64,000 bases of DNA from Candidatus Zambryskibacteria bacterium RIFCSPLOWO2_01_FULL_35_19 (GTDB lineage Bacteria > Patescibacteriota > Minisyncoccia > Phycocordibacterales > WO2-35-19), in NCBI GenBank assembly GCA_001825335.1, contig MHWA01000004.1, positions 35,341 through 99,340 on the forward strand, written 5' to 3'. The translations under genes and the position numbers were made by a program. The notes below the pieces were generated by a model that was given only the letters and a program-made list of their open reading frames with translations, made no database searches and was not told the origin of the DNA. Positions 1-10,681 of the stretch are shown piece by piece. Within the stretch, counting starts at the first letter, position 1; every line of letters begins with the position of its first letter.

Positions 1-324
1 GTCTATGGCGATTGGAGTATCTGTTGCTTTACCAGTACCGACACCAACCTTCCCTTTTTTGTCACCTATAACCATAGAAACACTAAAACTAAATCTACGG
101 CCACCGGAAACCACTCTAGTTACTCTTCTGATACTTATTATTTTATTATCAAATTCTTGCTTCACTCTTTCTGGTCTTCTAGACGGTCTGCGTTCATTTT
201 TTCTTTTATCTCTACTAGTAAAACCACTGTCGCTAGGCGCTACTTTTATAGTTACAGTATTAATTTCACTATCTTCATTTATTACTTCGTTTATTATTTC
301 TTTTTTTTCTTCTTTGTCTATCAT
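1..324 (-). CDS. rpsE: 30S ribosomal protein S5 (3' end runs off window)
   Basis: Minus-strand translation from ATG at 324 gives ...[43 protein letters not shown]; lies directly after rplR. Confidence 0.95.
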   Translation of the reverse strand, partial: MIDKEEKKEIINEVINEDSEINTVTIKVAPSDSGFTSRDKRKNERRPSRRPERVKQEFDNKIISIRRVTRVVSGGRRFSFSVSMVIGDKKGKVGVGTGKATDTPIAID

Positions 325-333
325 ATTTTTTTA

Positions 334-681
334 TTAAAATTTTAGTCCAGCTTCTCTAGCTCCTAGAGCCACAGCGGCGACAGCTCCTGTATATATATAA
401 CCACCTCTATCAAAAACCACTTTACTTATTTTTTTGGCTAAAGCTTGTTCCGCAATCTTTATCCCAACTGTTTTAGCTTTGACCAAAACTCCTTTACCGA
501 CCACATCTTTACTGCTAGCAGCTGCCAAAGTGGTCCCTGTAAAATCATCAATAAGTTGAGCTGAAATATATTTGTTTGATTTAAATACAGATAATCTTGG
601 TTTATCTTTAACGCCAAAAACCTTCGCTTTGATTCGTTTTCTTCTTCTATCTCTTTGTATTTTTTTAATTTTTGTATTCAT
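334..681 (-). CDS. rplR: 50S ribosomal protein L18
   Basis: PRLSVFKSNKYISAQLIDD and VVFDRGGYIYTG motifs; spc operon order. Confidence 0.97.
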   Translation of the reverse strand: MNTKIKKIQRDRRRKRIKAKVFGVKDKPRLSVFKSNKYISAQLIDDFTGTTLAAASSKDVVGKGVLVKAKTVGIKIAEQALAKKISKVVFDRGGYIYTGAVAAVALGAREAGLKF

Positions 682-708
682 AATTTTCTAGATACTAACT
701 ACTGACTT

Positions 709-1242
709 TTATACACTTTTCTTGCCCTGCTTTCTTCTTACAATTTCATCGTGATAATGAAAACCTTTACCTTTATAAGGTTCTGGTTTCTTTAAATCTC
801 TCACTTTAGCAGCAAAACTTCCTACCAATTCTTTATCAACTCCCGCTATTGTTATGTTATTTTTTTCTGATTTAACTTCAAGTCCTGTTGGGATTTCTAT
901 TTCAACAGGATGAGAAAATCCTAAAGCCAAAACAAGCTTATTACCATTTACTTGAGATTTAAATCCAACACCTTCCAAAATAAGTTTTTTCTCAAAACCT
1001 TCAGTTACTCCTTGGATCATATTTTTTATATGAGAAGCGTAAGTGCCCCATAGAGCTTTGGTTAAACCATTTTCTTTAACGACAGCCAAAGTTATTTCTT
1101 TGTCTAAAATAGTAATAGATATTTCAGGAAGAAAATTCCTTTCTAAAGAACCTTTAGGGCCTTTAACTTTAAAAAGACCGCCAGTTATGACTGCTTCTGT
1201 TTTTTCTGGTATTTGTATTCCTTTTTTACCTATTCTTGACAT
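709..1242 (-). CDS. rplF: 50S ribosomal protein L6
   Basis: MSRIGKK start, LGFSHPV, PEPYKGKG. Confidence 0.98.
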   Translation of the reverse strand: MSRIGKKGIQIPEKTEAVITGGLFKVKGPKGSLERNFLPEISITILDKEITLAVVKENGLTKALWGTYASHIKNMIQGVTEGFEKKLILEGVGFKSQVNGNKLVLALGFSHPVEIEIPTGLEVKSEKNNITIAGVDKELVGSFAAKVRDLKKPEPYKGKGFHYHDEIVRRKQGKKSV

Positions 1243-1273
1243 ATTATTGTTATTTATAGTGAGCGTAGTTGAA

Positions 1274-1666
1274 TTACCATATATTAAATAAAAATTCTCC
1301 TCCTAAATTACTTTTTTTAGCATCTGTATCAGCCATAATGCCTTTAGGAGTAGAAAAAATTGACAATCCAAACCCTTTTCTAAATTTTTTGATATTTTTA
1401 GCGCCTTCGTATATACGTCTTGAAGGTTTTGACATCCTTTTCACCCCTCTCACTTTTGGACTTCCGTCTTCCATATAAAGTAGTTCTATATTTAAATATC
1501 TAGCGTTTCCTTTGTTCTTTTTAGTAACAACACCAAGATAACCTTTAGCCGAAAGAAGTTCGGCTATAGCCAATTTTACTTTTGAAAAAGGCACCGTAAA
1601 GCTAGCCTTACGCACGCTTCCAGCATTTTTTATTCTTATTATAAAGTCTCCTATTGGGTCATTCAT
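1274..1666 (-). CDS. rpsH: 30S ribosomal protein S8
   Basis: DPIGDFIIRIKNA, SKPSRRIY, STPKGIM, GGE. Confidence 0.97.
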   Translation of the reverse strand: MNDPIGDFIIRIKNAGSVRKASFTVPFSKVKLAIAELLSAKGYLGVVTKKNKGNARYLNIELLYMEDGSPKVRGVKRMSKPSRRIYEGAKNIKKFRKGFGLSIFSTPKGIMADTDAKKSNLGGEFLFNIW

Positions 1667-1744
1667 TCTGTTAAAGGTAGGAAATTATACAATTTAATAT
1701 ATTTTTCCTATCTGGTTAATCTGCTAATTTAATTTCTCATAATT

Positions 1745-1930
1745 TTACCAAGATGATTTCTTTACTCCTGGAATTTTACCTTCATTGGCAAGTTCTCTAA
1801 AACAAATCCTGCAAAGAGCAAAATCCCCCATATAAGCTCTAGCTCTACCGCATTTAAAACAACGGTTAACAGACCGAGAACTAAATTTCGGTTTCTTTAG
1901 AGCCCTTGCTTTTACTGAAGCTTTTGCCAT
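1745..1930 (-). CDS. rpsN: 30S ribosomal protein S14, zinc-binding (type Z)
   Basis: MAKASV...RCFKCGR...[10 protein letters not shown]...PGVKKSSW; start taken at ATG 1930 rather than the ORF-track start. Confidence 0.95.
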   Translation of the reverse strand: MAKASVKARALKKPKFSSRSVNRCFKCGRARAYMGDFALCRICFRELANEGKIPGVKKSSW

Positions 1931-2050
1931 ATATATTCTTTCTAATAAAAAACCCTCTCGGGCTTCTTTAAAGCTAACAAATATAGTTAAAATAGTCAAA
2001 TCTATTAAATCTTTGATAAAAGACCTGTTTCGTGCAAGAATATTTAAGTT

Positions 2051-2188
2051 GGAGAGTTGGCTGAGTGGATGAAAAGCAAACTGCTTTGCTTTTCATCCGG
2101 TCTGCGAACAAAGTGAGCAGAATTGTCGTTGTGAGCAAATGCGAACAGACAATAGGTGGACGAAAGAAACTTTCGACCACCACCAATC
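2051..2188 (+). repeat. Duplicated 18-nt tRNA 5' end followed by a palindrome-rich insert
   Basis: ggagagttggctgagtgg at 2051-2068 is identical to 2189-2206; the intervening DNA holds hairpins ggatgaaaagcaaa/tttgcttttcatcc and ggtggacgaaag/ctttcgaccacc. Confidence 0.8.
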
Positions 2189-2275
2189 GGAGAGTTGGCT
2201 GAGTGGTCGAAAGCGCCTCACTGCTAACGAGGTGTCCCCTTACCGGGACCGTGGGTTCGAATCCCACACTCTCCG
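2189..2275 (+). tRNA. tRNA-Ser(GCT)
   Basis: GGAGAGT/ACTCTCC acceptor stem, anticodon loop CTGCTAA, long variable arm, GGTTCGAATCC T-arm; CCA not encoded. Confidence 0.93.
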
Positions 2276-2416
2276 CATTGACAATTTAGTATCGGCGTGT
2301 TCCTATTACTTGAGGCAAGTTAGCGGCCCGAGAGCTTCTGCAATCCACTAAAAAATATGCTAAAATACGTCTATGGTGATTGGATCTCAAAGCTTAAATC
2401 ACCCAAACATCATCAT

Positions 2417-2779
2417 ATGAACAATAGAATTTTTATTATAATATTTGTAATCGTAGTCTTTATTCTTGGAGGCCTGCTTTATATTTATAATCCAAATCCA
2501 GTAAAATACGAAAATCCAAATGAAAAAGATCCTATAGTCTGCACAACAGATGCCAAACTTTGCCCTGACGGAAGTTATGTTGGTCGAACCGGACCAAATT
2601 GTGAATTTGTTTGCCCAGAAACCCCAAACAATAACATTCCACCTGGTGCAATATTTGAAGATGGCACCATAATAGAAGAAGATGAACCAATATTTTGCAC
2701 AGCAGATGCCAAGCTTTGCCCTGATGGAAGTTATGTTGGTAGAGTAGGTCCTAATTGTGAATTTGCACAATGTCCTTAA
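2417..2779 (+). CDS. Membrane-anchored protein with two Cys-rich repeats (CTxDAKLCPDGSYVGRxGPNCEF)
   Basis: N-terminal TM helix and two near-identical ~27-aa repeats in the translation. Confidence 0.8.
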   Translation: MNNRIFIIIFVIVVFILGGLLYIYNPNPVKYENPNEKDPIVCTTDAKLCPDGSYVGRTGPNCEFVCPETPNNNIPPGAIFEDGTIIEEDEPIFCTADAKLCPDGSYVGRVGPNCEFAQCP

Positions 2780-5058
2780 ATATAATCAAAGCAGACACCA
2801 TCATTGAACAGATACAAAGACTTTCGCCTTTCCAAAAAAAAGCGTTAGTGAAAATGCGTCTTACCAAAGTTTCTGATATTTTAAGACATTTTCCTGTCAG
2901 ATACGGAGAGTCGGGTTTAGTTAAAGCCATCGAATTTTTGAATGAAGGCGATAATGCTGTGGTTTTTGGCAAGATATCCAAATTAAAAACAACTAAAACT
3001 TTTAAATCTAAAATAGCAATTTCAACAGCCGAAGTAGAGGACTCTACCGGAAAAGTAAAAATTGTATGGTTTAGTCAACCTTACATCGCTAAAATGTTTT
3101 TTGAAGGAAGTTTGGTGAGGATTGAAGGTCGAGTTTCTGCCAAAAAAAATAAACTAACAAAAACGAAGACGATAAGCGATAGCGAGGCGCGAGTTTCAGA
3201 AGAACTCAATTTTACAAACCCTAAAATAGAAAAGGTTACTCAAATACCCGAAGGCACTAGTGGCTCACTCTTTGCGGGATCCGAAGGAGACAGTCACAAC
3301 CTCTTCCCTGTTTATCCAGAAAGCAGAGGTATTTCTTCAAATTGGATTTATCATACTATCCAAAAAATTATATCAAGGAACGTCCTTGACACTTTAAAAG
3401 ATCCAATCCCTCAAGAAATTTTAAAAAAATATAATTTACCTTCTTTAAAAACAGCTTTGATCTGGATTCATGCTCCGCGTAAAAAAGAAAATGCTGAAAT
3501 AGCCAGAAAAAGATTTGCTTTTGAAGAAATATTTTTTATTCAAATTGATAGGCAAAAAGAAAAATTTATTGCCCAGAGAGAAAATTCTTTCACTATAGAA
3601 AAAGAAGCTGAAGTCAAAGATTTTGTAAAAAGTTTTCCTTTTCCATTAACTTCAGCTCAAGATAAATCTATCAAAGCCATCCTCAACGATTTTAAAACTG
3701 GCCATCCTATGTCTCGCTTGCTTGAAGGAGATGTCGGCTCTGGAAAGACCGCAGTAGCCACAGCAGCCAGCTTCGCGGCTGTCTCAACACTTCCTCCAGA
3801 TAGAAAATTTGGTAATTTGCAAGTTGCTTATATGGCTCCCACAGAAATTTTGGCAGAACAGCACTTTGAATCTTTTATTGAATATTTTTCTAAATACAAA
3901 ATACCAATAGGTCTTATTACTGGAAGCGGAGCCAAAAAATTCCCCTCCAAAACAAGCCAAGGACAGTCCTTAAAATGCCCCGACCCCAAAGGACTGTCCT
4001 TGGCTTGGACTAAAATATCTAAACCCCAACTCCTCAAATGGGTAGCAAATGGTGAAATACCTATCCTTATCGGCACTCACTCTCTCATCCAGAAAACAGT
4101 AAAGTTTAAAAACCTCGCTTTTATTATCATAGATGAACAACACCGCTTCGGAGTTAAACAAAGGATGAGTCTCCGCCGTAAACACGACATTGCTCCACAC
4201 CTCCTTTCAATGACTGCCACCCCCATCCCTCGCACTTTAGCTTTAACAATATTTGGAGACTTAGATTTATCTTTACTTGACGAATTACCTCCCGGACGAC
4301 AAATTCCCGAGACAAAAATAATTTTGCCCCACCAAAGAGAAGAGGTTTATAAACAAGTGAGAGAAGAATTAAAATCCGGTCGACAAGCTTTTGTTATTTG
4401 CGCCCGAGTAAACGACCCAGACCCAGACAAAGAAAATACTCTAAACGCCAAATCGGTCAAATCAGAAACCAAAAGGTTGCAAGAGAAAATATTTCCCGAG
4501 TTTAATGTTGGCTCCATCACCGGCAAGATGAAGCCGTCAGAAAAAGCAGATGTAATGAGAAGATTTTCCGCCAGAGGCGGATCCGCCTCTGGCGGAAAAG
4601 ATAAAAAGATTGATATTTTAGTGGCGACATCAGTTATAGAAGTAGGTATCAATGTTCCAAACGCCACCATCATTATTATTGAAAATGCCGAGCGTTTTGG
4701 TTTAGCTCAACTGCACCAACTCCGTGGAAGAGTCTTGCGAAGCTCTTTCAAACCACATTGTTTTGTTTTTGCTGATTCCAAAAACCAAAAAACAATATCT
4801 AGATTAAAATCATTTACTATCGCCAAAAACGGCTTTGAATTAGCCGAGGCAGACTTACAACAAAGAGGTGCGGGAGATTTAGCTGGTGCCAAACAGTGGG
4901 GTGTCTCTGACCTCGCTATGGAAGCTCTTAAAAATATAAAAATGGTAGAAGCGGCTAGAGAAGAAGCCAAAAATTTGATTGAAAAAGATTTTGAATTAAA
5001 AAAGTATCCTATTTTAGCCAAATATTTAGCAGAAAAAAATATAGTGCATATGGAGTAA
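2770..5058 (+). CDS. recG: ATP-dependent DNA helicase RecG
   Basis: GDVGSGKT, MAPTEILAEQH, DEQHRFG, MTATPIPRTL, QLHQLRGRV. Confidence 0.96.
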   Translation: MSLNIIKADTIIEQIQRLSPFQKKALVKMRLTKVSDILRHFPVRYGESGLVKAIEFLNEGDNAVVFGKISKLKTTKTFKSKIAISTAEVEDSTGKVKIVWFSQPYIAKMFFEGSLVRIEGRVSAKKNKLTKTKTISDSEARVSEELNFTNPKIEKVTQIPEGTSGSLFAGSEGDSHNLFPVYPESRGISSNWIYHTIQKIISRNVLDTLKDPIPQEILKKYNLPSLKTALIWIHAPRKKENAEIARKRFAFEEIFFIQIDRQKEKFIAQRENSFTIEKEAEVKDFVKSFPFPLTSAQDKSIKAILNDFKTGHPMSRLLEGDVGSGKTAVATAASFAAVSTLPPDRKFGNLQVAYMAPTEILAEQHFESFIEYFSKYKIPIGLITGSGAKKFPSKTSQGQSLKCPDPKGLSLAWTKISKPQLLKWVANGEIPILIGTHSLIQKTVKFKNLAFIIIDEQHRFGVKQRMSLRRKHDIAPHLLSMTATPIPRTLALTIFGDLDLSLLDELPPGRQIPETKIILPHQREEVYKQVREELKSGRQAFVICARVNDPDPDKENTLNAKSVKSETKRLQEKIFPEFNVGSITGKMKPSEKADVMRRFSARGGSASGGKDKKIDILVATSVIEVGINVPNATIIIIENAERFGLAQLHQLRGRVLRSSFKPHCFVFADSKNQKTISRLKSFTIAKNGFELAEADLQQRGAGDLAGAKQWGVSDLAMEALKNIKMVEAAREEAKNLIEKDFELKKYPILAKYLAEKNIVHME

Positions 5059-5238
5059 TTTATTTTAAAAAATACAAGGAGAGTCCTTGTATTTTTTAGG
5101 TGTGGTATAATCATAAAATACTGTTGGTTTTTATCTTTTTAAAATTGTATAATTTAAAGAGTATTTATATTAATAATCTAATGAGAAAAAAGTCGTGTTT
5201 TAACAAACATAACGCACGACACAATTTCACAAAAACAA

Positions 5239-6444
5239 ATGAAAAAAATTAAATTCATAATAACTTCAAGCATTGCCCTTTCAATGTTTTTAGTTGGAGC
5301 GACTGTCTATGGAGCAAGCTCTGCTGATAGTATAGCCCAAAAATATGGCTATCCTACAGTAACCAGTCTTTTAGCAGTAGAAGCAATGCAGTTTACTCCA
5401 CAATGGGAACAAAATGTTAAAGGTTATAATTCCAACGATGGTACTTATACTACTTATAATTCCACTTATTTTGCCACTCCATCTACTGCCAGCAAATTGG
5501 CTGGTTGGTTTGGAGGAACAGTTATTCCTCAAAGTTCTTATAATACTGGAGGTCCATTTACCATTCCTACTGGTGCCGCTATAAAGATTGGTGACACTTA
5601 TTTAAATGCCGGCTCGGTAGCTGAAAAATTAAGAAGACTTCAAATTACTTATACTGAAGCAGTTAAAAACTATGAAAGAAATTTATTAGAAAATGAAAAC
5701 ATAGTAAGTTCTGGCAATTTATCCATACCTACAGATCCATTAGTAAGTTTAAAAGCATCTTATGGTATAAGTGGTGGCTCTAGTGGTAGTAGCAATACAG
5801 GTACCAATCGCACAATAGGTGATTGCGTAGGAAGAGGTTGTCCTTCTGGTGGAACAACTACTAGCGGTTCTACTGGTGGTACTACTGGTACCAATGTGGT
5901 AAATAGCTCAACTTTTCAATCAAACACAGCTACGGCAAATTATGTTAGAGCTTTAACTCAATTAGTAAACAAATTAATCGTTGAAGCTAAAGCTAAATTA
6001 GAACTCTCTACTTCTGGCGTTTCTACTTCTGAACAATACAATCCAAACAACATCACTGACGCTCCTTCAAAAAATACCACGACATCTAATGCCACCACTG
6101 GTTCTACTCCAGCCCAAAACAACATTAACACCACTACCGCAGCTACTTTAGCCAATCAAAAATGCACAGGAGATATTTATAGAGATTTGGAAGCAGCCAA
6201 AACTTGTGCCGCTCTAGCCCAAAGTCAAGGTGCTGCATTAGGCTACAACATAAGTTGTGGCGCTTCAAAAGTAACTTTACCTGGCAGTACCCCAGGAGCT
6301 GATTACTATATTTCATCAATTTGCACCGTAAACGGGAGCGCTGGACATGGCGCTTATATGTTGGCAGGTTTTGACCCCGGAACTAGCGGTTATGTCGGAG
6401 TTAATTCTGGATGGAAAATCCTTGAAACCGAGCTCGGCAATTAA
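5239..6444 (+). CDS. Secreted Ser/Thr/Gly-rich hypothetical protein
   Basis: Signal-peptide-like N-terminus, low-complexity linkers, paired Cys; 401 aa. Confidence 0.7.
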   Translation: MKKIKFIITSSIALSMFLVGATVYGASSADSIAQKYGYPTVTSLLAVEAMQFTPQWEQNVKGYNSNDGTYTTYNSTYFATPSTASKLAGWFGGTVIPQSSYNTGGPFTIPTGAAIKIGDTYLNAGSVAEKLRRLQITYTEAVKNYERNLLENENIVSSGNLSIPTDPLVSLKASYGISGGSSGSSNTGTNRTIGDCVGRGCPSGGTTTSGSTGGTTGTNVVNSSTFQSNTATANYVRALTQLVNKLIVEAKAKLELSTSGVSTSEQYNPNNITDAPSKNTTTSNATTGSTPAQNNINTTTAATLANQKCTGDIYRDLEAAKTCAALAQSQGAALGYNISCGASKVTLPGSTPGADYYISSICTVNGSAGHGAYMLAGFDPGTSGYVGVNSGWKILETELGN

Positions 6445-8366
6445 ACCAAATGCTCTTCCCTTTTGGGTTGAATACCGTTAGCGACTAGTATTGATTCAAA
6501 CTCATCGCGTTCTATAGTCTCTGTCTCTATCAGTCTTTTAGCAATAATATCAAGTAGAGGTCTGCGTTCAATGATTATTTGTTCTGCTTTTTGATGCGCC
6601 TCTTTCATTATTTTAGAAACTTCTTTGTCAATCATAGCCCCCACTTCTTCTGAATATTCTTTTTCATTAACCCCCCTACCAAAAAGAGTCTTCCCTTCTG
6701 CTCCTTCAAGAGCGATCGGCCCTAGATTATCTGACATACCATATTTGGTGACCATATCTCGAGCCAAAGCAGTAGAAACTTGCAAATCGTTTGATGGTCC
6801 AGTAGTCAAATCTCCAAAAACAATTTTTTCTGCCACATAACCACCAAGAGACATCGCAATATCGTCTAAAAATTCTTTTTTGGACTGAAGTTTTTTGTCT
6901 TCTACGGGAAGTTTTAGAGTATAACCAGCCGCGCGTCCGCGACTAATGATAGAAATTTTGTGAATAGGGTCGGCATTTGGTAAAGCGCTAGCCACCAAAG
7001 CGTGCCCAGCTTCATGATAAGCAGTAACCTCTTTACCTTTCTTTGAAAGAATATGACTTTTGCGTTCAGGTCCAAGCATCACCTTTTCAATTGAACGTAT
7101 CAAATCAAATTGAGAAATTTTATTTCTATTTTCTCTAGCAGCTAAAATCGCCCCTTCATTCATCAATGAATACAAATCAGCTCCAGAAAAACCGGGAGTG
7201 CGTTCAGCAACAACCTTTAAATTAACATCTTCACCAAAAGGTTTAGTTTTTGAATGAATTTCAAGTATAGCTTCCCTGTCCCCCCTGTCGGGCAAATCAA
7301 TAGTCACTCGGCGATCAAAACGTCCCGGCCTAAGTAAAGCGGGGTCCAGCACATCTGGCCTGTTGGTAGCAGCCATCACTACCACTTTTTCATTTGGTTC
7401 AAAGCCATCCATCTCCACTAAAATTTGGTTTAAAGTTTGCTCTCTTTCGTCATTGCCACCACCCATACCACCACCACGCACCCTGCCAACAGCGTCTATC
7501 TCATCCATAAAAATAATAGCCGGAGCCATCTTCTTGGCCATTTGAAAAAGATCTCTCACACGACTTGCGCCGACACCAACAAACATCTCTACAAATTCCG
7601 AACCAGAAATAGAAAAGAAGGCTACACTCGCTTCTCCAGCTACCGCTCTAGCCAAAAGAGTCTTGCCGGTACCGGGCGCGCCCATAAGAAGTATTCCTTT
7701 AGGAATCCTAGCTCCAATTTCTAAAAACTTTTTAGGATTTTTAAGGAAATCAACTATCTCTCCGAGTTCTTCCTTAGCTTCTTTACAGCCAGCCACATCT
7801 TTGAAGGTCACTCTTTGTTTTTGGTCATCAGGTTCGGTCAGTCTAGCTCGTGATTGTCCAAAAGAAAAAGCTTGCATTCCAGACCCTTTCATCTGACGAG
7901 TCATAAGCCAAATAAAAACAGCAATAAACAAAACAGGGAATAAAATAGGAGAAAGATTTAAAAGCCAATAGAAAAAACCACTATCTTGAGTAACGCTAAT
8001 TTTTATATTAGCCAACTCTGATGAAGTTATTCCATAAGCAGCTAAAGTTTCAGTGATATTTGAACTTTCTTCTTTTTTTGAGGTCTTAATAACATCGTTT
8101 TGAAAAATGGCCTCAATATCTCCACTCTTAACTGAAATTTCTTTCACTTCACCAAATTTTACAGCCATAGCTAATTCAGAAATACTTATATCTTCTTTAG
8201 CTTTATTTTCATTGATTAAAGAGTAGGCAGAAACAACAAAAAATATAATCAAAACACTAATTATAAAATTGCCAGAAAAAGAGTTTTTTGGTCCCCCTTT
8301 TTGGATTTTATTAAAAAAATTATTTTTATTATTGTCTTTTTTTATTTTTTTATTTTTTTTTGTCAT
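6441..8366 (-). CDS. ftsH: ATP-dependent zinc metalloprotease FtsH
   Basis: Two TM segments, [24 protein letters not shown]. Confidence 0.98.
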   Translation of the reverse strand: MTKKNKKIKKDNNKNNFFNKIQKGGPKNSFSGNFIISVLIIFFVVSAYSLINENKAKEDISISELAMAVKFGEVKEISVKSGDIEAIFQNDVIKTSKKEESSNITETLAAYGITSSELANIKISVTQDSGFFYWLLNLSPILFPVLFIAVFIWLMTRQMKGSGMQAFSFGQSRARLTEPDDQKQRVTFKDVAGCKEAKEELGEIVDFLKNPKKFLEIGARIPKGILLMGAPGTGKTLLARAVAGEASVAFFSISGSEFVEMFVGVGASRVRDLFQMAKKMAPAIIFMDEIDAVGRVRGGGMGGGNDEREQTLNQILVEMDGFEPNEKVVVMAATNRPDVLDPALLRPGRFDRRVTIDLPDRGDREAILEIHSKTKPFGEDVNLKVVAERTPGFSGADLYSLMNEGAILAARENRNKISQFDLIRSIEKVMLGPERKSHILSKKGKEVTAYHEAGHALVASALPNADPIHKISIISRGRAAGYTLKLPVEDKKLQSKKEFLDDIAMSLGGYVAEKIVFGDLTTGPSNDLQVSTALARDMVTKYGMSDNLGPIALEGAEGKTLFGRGVNEKEYSEEVGAMIDKEVSKIMKEAHQKAEQIIIERRPLLDIIAKRLIETETIERDEFESILVANGIQPKREEHLV

Positions 8367-8471
8367 AATATTTTAATAAAGCAATAATAACACAAAAATA
8401 GTAAATAATCTCGTCAGTTCGCGCAAAACGTACCTACAATATATTTCTCATTTTTATAGTATTATAAAGAT

Positions 8472-8915
8472 ATGACCTTAATTCAAAACAAAAAAGCATA
8501 CTTCAATTATGAAATCCTTGAAAAAACCGAGGCCGGTATTGAATTGCTAGGTTTTGAAGTCAAATCTTTAAAAAAGGGACAGGGTTCTCTGGAAGGTTCA
8601 CATATTACAATCAGAGGCAATGAAGCTTTCATTATAAATATGCAAATTCCACCTTACCAGCCGGCTAACACACCTAAAGATTACGACCCACTACGTAATC
8701 GTCGCCTCCTTTTGACTAAAAAAGAAATTTCTAGTCTATTAGAAGAAGAAAAACAAAAAGGATTGACAATTATACCCCTTTCGGTGTATAATAAGGGTAG
8801 AAAGCTGAAATTAGAGATAGCCGTAGTGCGTGGTAAGAAAAAATACGACAAACGCGAGACTATTAAAAAACGTGATACTGACCGCGAGATAAGGCGAACC
8901 TTGAAAAATGAATAA
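8472..8915 (+). CDS. smpB: SsrA-binding protein
   Basis: NKKAYFNYEILE..EAGIELLGFEVKS, GKKKYDKRE. Confidence 0.97.
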   Translation: MTLIQNKKAYFNYEILEKTEAGIELLGFEVKSLKKGQGSLEGSHITIRGNEAFIINMQIPPYQPANTPKDYDPLRNRRLLLTKKEISSLLEEEKQKGLTIIPLSVYNKGRKLKLEIAVVRGKKKYDKRETIKKRDTDREIRRTLKNE

Positions 8916-9045
8916 TTGTCAGTCCAAAAATTCCCGAAAAACGGTTGTGAGTGAATCAAAACAAATTTTTCAAAAGTCTGGCTGAAGCGAAGCCAGGATC
9001 CGAAGACTTTTGCAAAAATTTTGTTTTGATGAACGACCTTTTTTC

Positions 9046-9458
9046 GGGGATGATCGGCCTAGACAATAAGATACATTTGTAAAATGCGAGAGAGAGCTAC
9101 AGTACACTCTTAAAACTGCTATAAAAGATAACTGCAAACAAAGTTGTCGCAAAAGCAAAAACCGTTGTTTCTCCATATTTTGGAGTGGGTGATTTTGCTT
9201 TCGCTTACGTTAGGGCTTAATTTTAAGTCTCGCTAAGCGACGTCAGATTCTTTGATGTCTCATAAAAGAAATCTGGTGTAATAAATTTGAGACTTTGAAA
9301 AATAGTTGCTTCGCTATTTTTTCTAAATGTTGAAGCTCGATATTTTAAGATCTTGTTTGTTCCATACTTAAAATATTTAAACAAACTGCAACAAACTAAC
9401 TCTTGTAGAAATTTTCCAAATCTCTTATTGCATGGCGGTTCGATTCCGCCCATCTCCA
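9046..9458 (+). ncRNA. ssrA: tmRNA
   Basis: 5' GGGGATG pairs with 3' CATCTCC-A; T-arm GCGG-TTCGATT-CCGC; resume context ATAACT-GCA; tag ORF 9134-9220; directly downstream of smpB. Confidence 0.92.
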
Positions 9459-9655
9459 CAAAAATAAGGAACGTAGTGACTATATTTTTGTAGGACTCCG
9501 CGAAGCTTTAGCGAAGCGGAGTAACACAAAATGTTATTAGACTATATTTTTGTAGCCCTTCCTTCGTCAGGATCTTCGAGACCCTAAGTTTGACTAAGGG
9601 TTATTTTGTTTTATATAAAAACCACTTTATTAAATAAAATTTTTTCATTTTTATT

Positions 9656-10624
9656 TTACAAAAACCCAATGATAGCCACTATAAATAAAAAGTATAAACC
9701 CAAAAGCATAAATGCTTCTTTTTTGCTTATAGTGCTATGAGTCCTTACAAATATCAAAAAGAATAGAGTGGCAGCTATCATAAACAAACGACTAATTAAA
9801 AGAAAGGAGGCGTTACTAATTACAACAGGGTGAATTAAAGCCACCACTCCCAACACTACAGTAGCTGGAATAACAATAGAGCCCAAAAGATTGCCGAGAA
9901 TCATAAAGGTCTCTCCCTTTCTAGCTGAAGCGATAGAAAAGTATACTTCCGGCAAAGCATTACCAAAGCCGACAATCAAAAGACCAACCAAACTAATGGA
10001 TATTTTAAAACTTGAAGCAAAAAAAGAAGCTGACCCCACAACGCCTTGAGTGGCGATAAACAATAAAATAATTCCGAGCAAAACTTTTCCAATATTTTTA
10101 AGAGATTCATTCAAAATTTTCTTCCAATTTTTAGGTTCCTCCTCCCTGTATTTTTTGGTAAACCGCTCTTTCTTGGAAAAAAGCCATCCTAAATAGATTA
10201 TAAAAAGAAACAACAAAATAAACCCGTCAGCTCTTGATAAAACACCATCTATCAAAAGAATGATAGGTAAAATAGCCACGCAAATAGTGAAAATCAAAGA
10301 ACTTTTTACAGTTTGGCTTTCTATTTGTATTTCTTTTTTTGGAGAAAAGAGGACAGCCACAGCCACCGCCAAAGTTAAAGCGGTAAAATTATTACCAAAG
10401 ACATCACCCAAAGATAGTTGGGGTATGCCCTCCATTGCTGAAGTAATACCAACAAAAAAATTAGGCAAAGAAGAGGCAAAAGCCATTACAAAAAAGGCAA
10501 CCACAAACTCTTTCAATCCTAAAAAGTGAGAAAGTTTTACCAAACTAGTAACAACAAGTTCACCTGAAATATATAAAATTCCACAAGAAGCTAAAAATAT
10601 AGCAATGTTTACAAACCAATCCAT
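9656..10624 (-). CDS. Ca2+/cation antiporter (CaCA, YrbG-like)
   Basis: Two alpha repeats (ASSLPN...GDVFGNN; GNALPE...GNLLGS), ~10 TM segments. Confidence 0.85.
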   Translation of the reverse strand: MDWFVNIAIFLASCGILYISGELVVTSLVKLSHFLGLKEFVVAFFVMAFASSLPNFFVGITSAMEGIPQLSLGDVFGNNFTALTLAVAVAVLFSPKKEIQIESQTVKSSLIFTICVAILPIILLIDGVLSRADGFILLFLFIIYLGWLFSKKERFTKKYREEEPKNWKKILNESLKNIGKVLLGIILLFIATQGVVGSASFFASSFKISISLVGLLIVGFGNALPEVYFSIASARKGETFMILGNLLGSIVIPATVVLGVVALIHPVVISNASFLLISRLFMIAATLFFLIFVRTHSTISKKEAFMLLGLYFLFIVAIIGFL

Positions 10625-10681
10625 TATCAATTATTATACACAATTTTAACAGCAACTAACTTTATTGATTAAATACAAACA

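Noticed and set aside
8970-9459. Minus-strand ORFs of 68 and 78 aa
   Set aside because: They overlap the tmRNA gene on the plus strand
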